Source of the DNA: Alphaproteobacteria bacterium
GTDB taxonomy: Bacteria > Pseudomonadota > Alphaproteobacteria > Rs-D84 > NBLK01
Assembly: GCA_016937865.1 (NCBI GenBank)
Contig: JAFGVS010000031.1
Location: 1 to 46,856, forward strand
DNA: 46,856 nucleotides
Direction of reading: 5' to 3'
Positions within the stretch are counted from its first letter, which is position 1. Each line of letters begins with the position of its first letter. Shown here piece after piece: positions 30,800 to 38,851 of the stretch. Both the position numbers and the translations under genes were made by a program. Under the pieces are notes generated by a model. That model did no database searches. It worked only from the letters and a program-made list of their open reading frames with translations, and was not told where the DNA came from.

Positions 30800-30806
30800 A
30801 AAAATC

Positions 30807-30835
30807 TTGCGTTTCGGTGGAAACATTTATATAGT
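30807..30835 (+). promoter_or_regulatory. sigma70-type promoter of rpmG
   Basis: TTGCGT-N17-TATAGT. Confidence 0.6.
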
Positions 30836-30874
30836 CTGCCAGCAAGAATTTGAAAAAGTATAAAAAGGGGTGTT

Positions 30875-31048
30875 ATGGCCAAAAAAGATACAATTTTCGT
30901 TCGTATGATGAACAAAGCAACCGGCATGTATTATGCGATGAAGAAAAATCCGAAATCGGAAAATACTAAAGGTAAGATGACAATGCGTAAATATGATAAA
31001 AAATTACGTAAACATGTAACTTTTACAGAAACAAAAATGCCTAAATAA
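30875..31048 (+). CDS. rpmG: 50S ribosomal protein L33, Cys-free form (absent from ORF track)
   Basis: Translates as MAKKDTIFVRMMNKATGMYYAMKKNPKSENTKGKMTMRKYDKKLRKHVTFTETKMPK. Confidence 0.92.
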   Translation: MAKKDTIFVRMMNKATGMYYAMKKNPKSENTKGKMTMRKYDKKLRKHVTFTETKMPK

Positions 31049-31075
31049 GCATAATGGTTTAAGTTTAAAAAATTC

Positions 31076-31103
31076 AAAACAACCCTTCGGGGTTGTTTTT
31101 TTT
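31076..31103 (+). terminator. Intrinsic terminator after rpmG
   Basis: aaaacaaccc-ttcg-gggttgtttt plus T run. Confidence 0.88.
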
Positions 31104-31195
31104 ATGCACAAATGTCTGTGTCTAAAAGAAAAAAGACAAATTCAGTTTTAGGTGTTCAAATATAAGTGTAGGGTTAAAAACAAAAGGAGAATATT

Positions 31196-31753
31196 ATGTT
31201 TAACATAAAATTCAAAAGGTATGTTCATCAACTTAAAGAGCTGATGTATAAAAGACCAGTAGGAGCTCAAGAGGTGGCAGAGGCCGAGAACTTAATAGAA
31301 AAGGCCGTTTTATTATCCGAAACAGGTTTTTTTTCTAAAGGAAATAAACGGTTTCTAAAAGAGCAGATGACTAAAATACTGGATTGTGGTAGAGATCATT
31401 TAAAGGCAGGCGAATTTGCAAGTGATTATCGTGCCATAAAGAGTGAGCCGGCGCTAGAATGGTATCGCTCTGCAGATCTTAAAGAGAAACTATACGAAAA
31501 AATATCGCAAAAATGGGATTGGCTTTATGACGAAGAACATCAAAAAAATCTAAATAGAGTCATGCGATTTGAAACATTCACGAATGCCCTTTTTGTAAAA
31601 ACACAACACGGCGAAAATCCTTATCAAGAAGAGATAGATGAAGTCCGAGGTATAAAGCGCGTAGAAGATCCAAAAATCTTAAGAGTAGATTTTAAAAGAA
31701 GAAAAGAATCACCTATTTTAGAAGAAGCAATTCTTTTGAGGCAGCGTGGATAA
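31196..31753 (+). CDS. Hypothetical protein
   Basis: AAGGAG RBS, 185-aa charged ORF, own terminator; no motif recognised. Confidence 0.7.
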   Translation: MFNIKFKRYVHQLKELMYKRPVGAQEVAEAENLIEKAVLLSETGFFSKGNKRFLKEQMTKILDCGRDHLKAGEFASDYRAIKSEPALEWYRSADLKEKLYEKISQKWDWLYDEEHQKNLNRVMRFETFTNALFVKTQHGENPYQEEIDEVRGIKRVEDPKILRVDFKRRKESPILEEAILLRQRG

Positions 31754-31760
31754 GTCATAT

Positions 31761-31792
31761 AAAAAACACCTCTTAAGTGGGGTGTTTTTTTT
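31761..31792 (+). terminator. Intrinsic terminator
   Basis: aaaaaacacctc...ggggtgtttttt hairpin with T run. Confidence 0.8.
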
Positions 31793-31817
31793 ATTTTGAA
31801 AAAGATTCAATTTATAC

Positions 31818-31846
31818 TTGACTCTCGTGAAAAAATTCTTTATAAT
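31818..31846 (+). promoter_or_regulatory. Near-consensus sigma70 promoter upstream of the capsid cluster
   Basis: TTGACT (31818-23)-N17-TATAAT (31841-46). Confidence 0.75.
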
Positions 31847-32195
31847 AGAGTCTTGTAAAAGGGGCCGTTGTGCCTTTTTTTTATTTTTAAAACGGATAAC
31901 AGGTCATCTGCTCCACTTTAAAATCGAGCCTTTAAACGATGAACACGCTTTTATAGCGTGTTTTTTTCTCTTTAAAACAAGCCAAATGAAATTCAAATAA
32001 TTTAACAATAAAAACGTCAAGCAATAAAAAAAGTGAAATCAAAGTGGCTTTGCCACGGTCATGTTTAAAAGATATTTTTATTTCCAGTATCGCGTACCGC
32101 AGCGTACATATTGTACGTGAGGACACACAGATCACGCCGTAAAATAGATTTAAACAGAATTGGTTTCCAATAGGAACAGAAAGGAACTAATAAAA

Positions 32196-33017
32196 ATGTC
32201 TACATCTATAGACCAAGCTTTTATCAAGCAATTCGAAGTCGATGTCCATTTGGCTTATCAACAAAAAGGGACAAAACTACGTGCGACCGTGCGTTCTAAA
32301 ACAGATATCACGGGAATTTCCACGACTTTTCAAAAAGTCGGAAAAGGAATCGCATCAACAAAATCGCGACACGGTATGGTACCTGTAATGAACCTAGACC
32401 ACACACCTGTGGAATGCGCATTAGAAGATTTCTATGCCGGCGATTGGGTAGATGCATTAGACGAGCTTAAAACAAACGTTGATGAACGTTTTGTTGTGGC
32501 GTCTGCTGGTGCGTATGCTTTGGGACGTAAAACAGATGAGCTAATTGTAAACAAGTTGGGATCTGCAACATCTGCAATCGCGCACGCAACATCTGGTTTA
32601 ACCAAAGATAAAATCATGAATGCGGTGGAAATGCTAAACAGCAATGACGCCCCAGATGATGGTCAAAGATTCGGCATCATCGGTGTAAAACAATGGAGCG
32701 ATTTATTAAATATCCAAGAATTTTCCAGCGCAGATTATGTGGGGGAAAATTATCCATGGCTATCTGGTTCTGAAACACGGAAATGGATGGGCGTGATTTG
32801 GATTTTACATAATGGATTACCGGTAAACACAAACATTCGCGATTGTTTCTTGTATCACAAAAGTGCGATCGGACACGCCGTCGGCAGTGAAGTTCTAACA
32901 GACATTTCATGGCACGGCGAACGTGCTGCACACTTTATTTCAAACCGCATGAGCCAAGGGTCATGCCTGATTGAAGAAAATGGTGTTGTAAAGATCGAAT
33001 GCGATGAAGCTGCGTAA
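32196..33017 (+). CDS. Phage major capsid protein (podovirus type)
   Basis: MSTSIDQAFIKQF...KLRATVR...AGAYALGRKTDELI...RFGIIG; AAGGA RBS before ATG 32196. Confidence 0.88.
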   Translation: MSTSIDQAFIKQFEVDVHLAYQQKGTKLRATVRSKTDITGISTTFQKVGKGIASTKSRHGMVPVMNLDHTPVECALEDFYAGDWVDALDELKTNVDERFVVASAGAYALGRKTDELIVNKLGSATSAIAHATSGLTKDKIMNAVEMLNSNDAPDDGQRFGIIGVKQWSDLLNIQEFSSADYVGENYPWLSGSETRKWMGVIWILHNGLPVNTNIRDCFLYHKSAIGHAVGSEVLTDISWHGERAAHFISNRMSQGSCLIEENGVVKIECDEAA

Positions 33018-33040
33018 ACTGTTTGAGCAACTACTCCCAC

Positions 33041-33074
33041 AAATCCTCCTTGTCCTTGCACGGGGGATTTTTTT
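33041..33074 (+). terminator. Terminator after capsid gene
   Basis: aaatcctcc...gggggattt stem followed by T run. Confidence 0.7.
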
Positions 33075-33155
33075 ACGAAAGAAATAAGAAGTAAAAAAAC
33101 TCTATAGACGAAACGAGAGGATTACTTTCTCATAAAATAAAAAAGGAAAGATAAT

Positions 33156-33395
33156 ATGAAACAAGAAAATTTAAGTGTATTGGCCTACGCCAATGGCTTT
33201 ACATTATGGCATTATAAAGATACGGATACATTGCTAAATGTAACCGCATCTACATTTTTCGTGCCGGTGTATAACATTTTAAATGTTGGCGATATGATTA
33301 TGATTAATGCAGGCGCAGGGGCATCGGAAACAGCCGTTGCGTTTGTAAGTGCTCTCAGCAATTCAAGTGTGACACTCAGCACAATGACCCAATAA
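33156..33395 (+). CDS. Small capsid-adjacent protein (possible head decoration protein)
   Basis: RBS, LSVLAYANGFTLWHY...GDMIMIN, position after capsid gene. Confidence 0.65.
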   Translation: MKQENLSVLAYANGFTLWHYKDTDTLLNVTASTFFVPVYNILNVGDMIMINAGAGASETAVAFVSALSNSSVTLSTMTQ

Positions 33396-33404
33396 AAGGG
33401 AACC

Positions 33405-33429
33405 AAATCCCCGCTTTTGCGGGGATTTT
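33405..33429 (+). terminator. Intrinsic terminator
   Basis: aaatccccgc-tttt-gcggggattt. Confidence 0.8.
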
Positions 33430-33456
33430 ATATATAGAACTATAAAAGGATTTTAA

Positions 33457-34026
33457 ATGGCTTTTTCATCACTCGATTTGTGCTCTCAAGCGCTTCTTAA
33501 AATAGGGGCATCTCCAATACATTCTTTCGAAGCCAAAACCGCAGAATCTAAAATCGCGAGCGCACTCTATGAATCCATAAAGCAAAATATGCTGTCTTGC
33601 TTTCCATGGACATTTGCAATTAAGACAGAGCGATTGGCAAAGTTGGCAACAGATCCAAAAGCGGATTTTGCCTATGCTTTCCAATTGCCAAACGATTGCT
33701 TGCGTGTGCTATCTGCGGGCGTAAACAAAAAATCAACAGGTCTCGATTATCAAATAAAGGCCACGCAACTCTTAACGACAGCAGACGATATTTATATCAC
33801 GTATCTAACGGATATTCCTGAAACAGATTTTCCGCCCTTCTTTCGACAAGCATTGGTTTCACGGTTGGCCAGTGAGTTTTGTTTGCCTCTCACGGAAAAT
33901 ACAACGCTGGCGACATTCTTATTAAAACAAGCGGAAGTCGATGAAAAAAAATCCCGCGTTATTGATTCACAACAAGAAACCCCACGTGCAATTTTAAACT
34001 TCCCCATGATTGATATAAGGGGATAA
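33457..34026 (+). CDS. Tail tubular protein A / adaptor (T7 gp11-like)
   Basis: LCSQALLKIGASPI, PWTFA, AFQLPNDCLRV, FPPFFRQALVSRLA. Confidence 0.8.
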   Translation: MAFSSLDLCSQALLKIGASPIHSFEAKTAESKIASALYESIKQNMLSCFPWTFAIKTERLAKLATDPKADFAYAFQLPNDCLRVLSAGVNKKSTGLDYQIKATQLLTTADDIYITYLTDIPETDFPPFFRQALVSRLASEFCLPLTENTTLATFLLKQAEVDEKKSRVIDSQQETPRAILNFPMIDIRG

Positions 34027-34049
34027 AAAGACCGCAGAAAGAAAGCAAT

Positions 34050-34072
34050 GCTCTCATTTGGGGGGCTTTTTT
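34050..34072 (+). terminator. Possible terminator
   Basis: gctctc-attt-gggggc (with G-U pairs) plus T7. Confidence 0.55.
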
Positions 34073-34098
34073 AATAGCAAAAATCAAAGGAGAAAAAT

Positions 34099-34554
34099 AT
34101 GGGTGCATCAAACGTTGGTACGTTTGTCGACAGTACGATTGGTATGGTCGAAGGCTACCAAAATCGAAAACAGGAAAAAAAAGAAATCCAAGCACGATTA
34201 GACGCCGAACGTCAAAAAATCGCGCTGGAAAAAAAGAAAGAATATGTCCAAAAATCACAATATGACACCGAGCAGAGAAATCTATTAAAACGGGCTCTGG
34301 CCACACAACGGTCTCGGTATGGGGCTGGGGGAACAGCAGGGAAATCTTTTTCGGCCAAATCGGTACTCAAACGTTTGGATGGGGATGCAAAACGAAATCT
34401 AGAAAATTATAAAGAACTCAGTGATCTTCGATTAGAAAAATTAAACAACAATTTATCCGATGCAGAAACAAATGCGCTACTGGATAAAAAGAGATCAAAA
34501 TTAAATCAGCAGGTTAAATTGGCCAAATCTGGGCGAAAATTATTAGGGAATTAA
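34099..34554 (+). CDS. Probable internal virion protein (T7 gp14-like)
   Basis: Coiled-coil character with QRSRYGAGG...SAKSVL motif; context. Confidence 0.55.
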   Translation: MGASNVGTFVDSTIGMVEGYQNRKQEKKEIQARLDAERQKIALEKKKEYVQKSQYDTEQRNLLKRALATQRSRYGAGGTAGKSFSAKSVLKRLDGDAKRNLENYKELSDLRLEKLNNNLSDAETNALLDKKRSKLNQQVKLAKSGRKLLGN

Positions 34555-34565
34555 AAGGGGGAAAA

Positions 34566-35267
34566 ATGCTAAAAGTCATATACACAACAGATGGAATTCA
34601 AAAAGAGTTTCCATTTCCACATCGTATTTTCAAAGATGAAAATTTAACCGTTTTTTTAGAGGAAATACAAATGATGACGGGTTTTGTAATCGAAAACGAA
34701 GACAGCCTAAGTGGCGCTAACGTGGTCTTTAATGTCGCCCCGGAATCAGGAAAAGAATTAACCCTGATGCGTCAAATGCAGATAAAGCGAACTTCCGATT
34801 TTCAACCACAAAACCCACTTGATCTAACCATTTTAAATGTCGAATTAGATTATCAAATTGAAACGCTAAAAGATATTTCCGCACAATTGAGCAAGACGGT
34901 TTCACAAGGATTAATCAGTAATGAGTTGCTGAATTTAACGCTACCAGTGCCCGAAGCAGGAAAAGCATTGTTGTGGTCGCCAACGGCAGATTCCTTGGTG
35001 AATTCCGAAATTAATATCAGTCAAACCATTTTAGATTTAGAAACCGACATCGCAGAAATGGAAAGGCTAAATAATGATATTCGCGCATATCTGGAAATAT
35101 CTGGAGATGCCGGAATTTTAGGAATTGTGAATAATTTAATTGGTTTAATGGCTTCATATCATGTCGATGCTTTTATTACTTTCGGTCATATTTCAGACAG
35201 TCCAGATGAAAATCCCGCCTATGGTCTGATTACAGAAAGTGCAGGAGAAACGATTGATTACACTTAA
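34566..35267 (+). CDS. Short tail-fibre protein (T7 gp17 N-terminal adaptor-like domain)
   Basis: YTTDGIQKEFPFP...VVFNVAP...TLMR...RTSDF...LNVELD; LPVPEAGKALLW. Confidence 0.75.
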   Translation: MLKVIYTTDGIQKEFPFPHRIFKDENLTVFLEEIQMMTGFVIENEDSLSGANVVFNVAPESGKELTLMRQMQIKRTSDFQPQNPLDLTILNVELDYQIETLKDISAQLSKTVSQGLISNELLNLTLPVPEAGKALLWSPTADSLVNSEINISQTILDLETDIAEMERLNNDIRAYLEISGDAGILGIVNNLIGLMASYHVDAFITFGHISDSPDENPAYGLITESAGETIDYT

Positions 35268-35865
35268 TCATCGTAAAAAAGGTTTTTTGACATTTATAAA
35301 ACTATGGAATGATCTTTCAAGGTTCAAAACGCCACAACATCACAATCAAATCGGTGTTTGGTTAGAACAAATTTATCATGGATTGGATCGAAAAGGGCTA
35401 TTGCTAGCGTTTCGCAATAGTGGAAAATCAACCGTTGTAGCTCTATTTTGTGCATGGATTTTATATCAAAATCCAAACGATAGAATTCTGGTTGTTTCGG
35501 CAGACGCGCGTCTGGCTACGAAAATATCACGGCATATTCGACGCATCATAGAACATCATCCATTGACGGAAAAACTTGTGCCAAAGAAAAAAGAAGAGTG
35601 GGCAGGCTGTGCTTTTTCGATTGAAAGGTCTCAAAAACAACGCGACCCATCTGTAACGGCCTTTGGGATTACCAGCGGGATTACAGGCGCACGTGCAGAT
35701 GTGATTATTTGTGATGATGTCGAAATTCCAAAAAACTGTAACACGGAAGAAAAGCGGGAAGATCTCCGCGAGAGATTAGTCGAATTAGAATTTATTTTGT
35801 CACCCAATGGCATGCAAATTTTTATCGGTACGCCACACACATATGAAACTATTTATCAATCGTAA
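35254..35865 (+). CDS. Large terminase, ATPase domain only
   Basis: Walker A FRNSGKST, ITGARADVIICDDVE (Walker B), IGTP coupling motif, then TAA; AGGAG RBS before TTG 35254. Confidence 0.85.
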   Translation: MITLNHRKKGFLTFIKLWNDLSRFKTPQHHNQIGVWLEQIYHGLDRKGLLLAFRNSGKSTVVALFCAWILYQNPNDRILVVSADARLATKISRHIRRIIEHHPLTEKLVPKKKEEWAGCAFSIERSQKQRDPSVTAFGITSGITGARADVIICDDVEIPKNCNTEEKREDLRERLVELEFILSPNGMQIFIGTPHTYETIYQS

Positions 35866-35878
35866 AAAGGAAAATAGA

Positions 35879-37315
35879 ATGAATAAAGAAGAATTGTTAA
35901 AAAAATTTGAAAAAGCGAAAGCAACACGACGTCCTTGGGAAAGTATCTGGGAAGAATGTTATCATTATGGATTGCCGCATGGGTCAGCCTTTCACGAAAA
36001 TCAAAAGATAAAATCAGATTTATTTGATTCAACGGCCAGCGATGGGGTAGAACAACTGGCAACAAATTTATTGTCTGAAATGACGCCACCATGGGGGGAC
36101 TGGTTTTCAATCCAATCAAATAAAGAAGAAATGAAAGAGGTGCTAGAGAAAAGCGAAAAAGTTCTAAAAAAACATTTAGAGCGATCAAACTTTTCGGTCG
36201 AAATGCATCAATGTTATTTAGACCTTGTCGCCATTGGAAGCGCTTGTCTATTAGTAGAAGAAGCCCCAATAGGCCTGTCTTCTGCTTTTCGATTTAAGGC
36301 GATCCCGATGCGGAATATGTTTGTTTTGGAAAATGCAACAGGGCGACCAGATACTGTTTTTAATACGGTTATATTCTCGAGCGAAGAATTTTTAAAACGC
36401 TGGCCGAATAGCATATTGGATGAGCAATCAAGACGGGATTTATCCAAAAACAAAGAAAATAAAATCGCGGTACTCGAATGTATTTATCCTATTTTTGAAA
36501 AAGGACAAATCAAAGGATATCGTTATTTGGGCTGTCCGATATCTGGTGTCAAATTATCTAAGGACACAGAATTTATTTTCGATAAAACATTGGCAACAAA
36601 TCCGTTTATGGTCTTTCGATGGATGAAAACAGCCGGGGAAACATACGGTCGATCACCGGTGATGAAAGCCTTGCCAGATATTAAAACAGCCAATATGGTG
36701 GTGGAGCTTATTTTAAAAAATGCCAACCTCGCGATCAGCGGCGTTTGGATGGCGGATGACGACGGGGTGTTAAATACAGAAAATCTGTCGTTAAAACCAG
36801 GCACAATTATCCCCAAAGCGGTCGGATCACAAGGGTTAACACCACTGCAAACGGCCACAGATTTTAATGTATCCGACCTGGTGTTAAATGATTTGCGTGC
36901 GTCGATCCGCAGAAATTTGATGATGGATAAATTATCACAGTTCCAAACAAAAACACCCATGACCGCAACCGAAGTTATTGAAAGATCCGGGGAAACACAA
37001 CGCGTGTTGGGGGCGATTTATGGACGTCTTCACGGGGAGTTATTAACTCCTCTTTTGATGCGTTTGGCGGATATTTTGCAACGCCGGGGAGAAATTCCAT
37101 TGCTTGATTTAAAAGGGGTTGTTAGTCATCCAGTGTATCGTTCCGGTTTAAATAAATTACGTAAAAAAGAAGAGCTACAAAATATAATGGAAGGTTTGAA
37201 TATTTTAAAAATGTTAAATATTGGTCCAGAAAATATTTTGAATACCGAAAAGACTTTGGCGTTTCTAGTGGATAAATTAGATTTGCCATCGTCTATTTTA
37301 AAGATAGAGGAATAA
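35879..37315 (+). CDS. Portal / head-to-tail connector (T7 gp8-like)
   Basis: WESIWEECY, FDSTA, RWMKTAGETYGRSP, ALPDIKTAN, MTATEV; AAAGG RBS before ATG 35879. Confidence 0.92.
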   Translation: MNKEELLKKFEKAKATRRPWESIWEECYHYGLPHGSAFHENQKIKSDLFDSTASDGVEQLATNLLSEMTPPWGDWFSIQSNKEEMKEVLEKSEKVLKKHLERSNFSVEMHQCYLDLVAIGSACLLVEEAPIGLSSAFRFKAIPMRNMFVLENATGRPDTVFNTVIFSSEEFLKRWPNSILDEQSRRDLSKNKENKIAVLECIYPIFEKGQIKGYRYLGCPISGVKLSKDTEFIFDKTLATNPFMVFRWMKTAGETYGRSPVMKALPDIKTANMVVELILKNANLAISGVWMADDDGVLNTENLSLKPGTIIPKAVGSQGLTPLQTATDFNVSDLVLNDLRASIRRNLMMDKLSQFQTKTPMTATEVIERSGETQRVLGAIYGRLHGELLTPLLMRLADILQRRGEIPLLDLKGVVSHPVYRSGLNKLRKKEELQNIMEGLNILKMLNIGPENILNTEKTLAFLVDKLDLPSSILKIEE

Positions 37316-37316
37316 G

Positions 37317-37520
37317 ATGTTTGATCGAAATAAGGAGGCGCACGATTTCGTGCGCTGTTTCAATACGCCTGCCGGGCGAAAAGTTTTGTCTTATTTGCGT
37401 GGTATGACGGTTGAAAAAGCGATGGGGCCGGAAACACCGGCTCCGACATTGTATTATCGGGAAGGTCAAAAAGCCTTGGTCAAACATATTGAACATATGA
37501 TTGAAAAAGGACAGAAGTGA
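37317..37520 (+). CDS. Bbp19-like small protein
   Basis: FNTPAGRKVLSYL...YREGQKALVKHI; directly after portal. Confidence 0.7.
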   Translation: MFDRNKEAHDFVRCFNTPAGRKVLSYLRGMTVEKAMGPETPAPTLYYREGQKALVKHIEHMIEKGQK

Positions 37521-37535
37521 AAAAGAAGAAATAAA

Positions 37536-37823
37536 ATGACAGAAATACCTTTATCCTGGTGGATCCAGGTTGTTGAAATCCCCGCATTAGCGGGGCTTTT
37601 TTTATGGACAAAATCTATCCGTTCACAAGCCGAAACACAACACGAACATCTACGCGAAACCTTGGAAGATCGTATTGAAAAGACGCGGGAGGTTTTGGCA
37701 ACGCATAAAGTCGAAGTGGCACAAAAATATGCCTCTATTTCCTATATTCGGGATGTCGAAAAAAGATTAACGGATCATTTGATTCGCATAGAAGAGAAGT
37801 TAGAAGGAAGGAAAAGAAAATGA
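37536..37823 (+). CDS. Membrane-anchored coiled-coil phage protein
   Basis: N-terminal hydrophobic WWIQVVEIPALAGLFLW, then coiled coil ending RIEEKLE. Confidence 0.65.
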   Translation: MTEIPLSWWIQVVEIPALAGLFLWTKSIRSQAETQHEHLRETLEDRIEKTREVLATHKVEVAQKYASISYIRDVEKRLTDHLIRIEEKLEGRKRK

Positions 37824-38224
37824 TTCAAGATATTCAAAACGATAGAGCCAGTGCACAATATTTTACGGCAATCACACTGTATCATGAAGGATATGGCTAT
37901 AATTTAAAAGAGTTAGAAGCCATCGGATCTGTGATTAAAAATAGATTTGACTTTTATAGAAATATCAAACAAAAAAAGACGTGGGAGCAAGTGTGTTCCG
38001 ATGCCACAATTTTTAAATTTTGGAAGACAGATGATTGTATTGAAAGTCCAATTATCACAGATGCTTTTTTTGCCATGTGCTCCCGTGTAGCGGGGCGTGC
38101 TATTTCTGGAGTTCTAACAGATATAACCAATGGCGCTTTGCGTTATCACCATTGCACGGATATGCCGCATTGGGCACGTGGAAAAACAGGGCTGGAAATC
38201 GGTGATTTTATTTTCTATGATTAG
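37820..38224 (+). CDS. Cell-wall hydrolase (SleB/Hydrolase_2-like)
   Basis: AITLYHE...AIGSVIKNR...DITNGALRYH...PHWA...IGDFIFY. Confidence 0.8.
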   Translation: MIQDIQNDRASAQYFTAITLYHEGYGYNLKELEAIGSVIKNRFDFYRNIKQKKTWEQVCSDATIFKFWKTDDCIESPIITDAFFAMCSRVAGRAISGVLTDITNGALRYHHCTDMPHWARGKTGLEIGDFIFYD

Positions 38225-38259
38225 GCGATAATGTATTAAAATTAAAAAAGGAGTTATAA

Positions 38260-38787
38260 ATGAAGATTCTAAAAACAATTTTGGACGCTCTGAAAAAAGG
38301 ACTGTCTTCGCTAAAAGCCCTTGTTTCCAAAAACACGGCTCCTCCCAAAAAAACATCAACACCACTCAAACCCATTTTACAAATTCGCGGGCAAGATGCT
38401 TCTGGATCTGGAGCGTTTGGAGCCCCCAGAAAACGAAAAGACGGCTCTCGCTATAAACATCAAGGGATTGATATTAAGTCCAATCCCGGACAAAAAATTC
38501 GGGCGTTGAGCGATGGTATTTTTTTACGAAAAGTAGACCCATATGGGGATGGTAAATTTTCCGGTATGGTAATTAAAGATGCAGCGGGAAATGAACAAAA
38601 AATCTTTTATATTAACACGATCAAAAAAGTCGGAGATGTTCTTGAAAAAGGGCAAATTATGGCGATCGCGCAAGATGTTGCGGATGGGCGGGACATGACA
38701 AACCATTATCATTTTGAGGTTCGAGATAAAAACAAAAAACTCTTGGATCCGAATGATTATCTAAAAAAAGACTATAAATTAGTCTAA
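38260..38787 (+). CDS. M23-family metallopeptidase
   Basis: HQGID (HxxxD) and HYHFEVR (HxH) zinc motifs, LDP near C-terminus. Confidence 0.87.
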   Translation: MKILKTILDALKKGLSSLKALVSKNTAPPKKTSTPLKPILQIRGQDASGSGAFGAPRKRKDGSRYKHQGIDIKSNPGQKIRALSDGIFLRKVDPYGDGKFSGMVIKDAAGNEQKIFYINTIKKVGDVLEKGQIMAIAQDVADGRDMTNHYHFEVRDKNKKLLDPNDYLKKDYKLV

Positions 38788-38804
38788 ATCCTAAACGGAA
38801 GTAC

Positions 38805-38829
38805 AACGGCGCGAAAGCGCCGTTTTTTT
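38805..38829 (+). terminator. Intrinsic terminator
   Basis: aacggcgc-gaaa-gcgccgtt plus T run. Confidence 0.85.
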
Positions 38830-38851
38830 GATTCAAAAAAAGGAGAAGTGA

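Noticed and set aside
31818-32135. Short ORFs 31818..32000 (+) and 31932..32135 (-)
   Set aside because: No RBS, low-complexity translations, and the first begins inside the -35 box; the region is better read as promoter plus leader.
34566-37520. Diversity-generating retroelement, suggested by BPP-1-like genes
   Set aside because: No reverse transcriptase and no template/variable repeat pair seen in the window.
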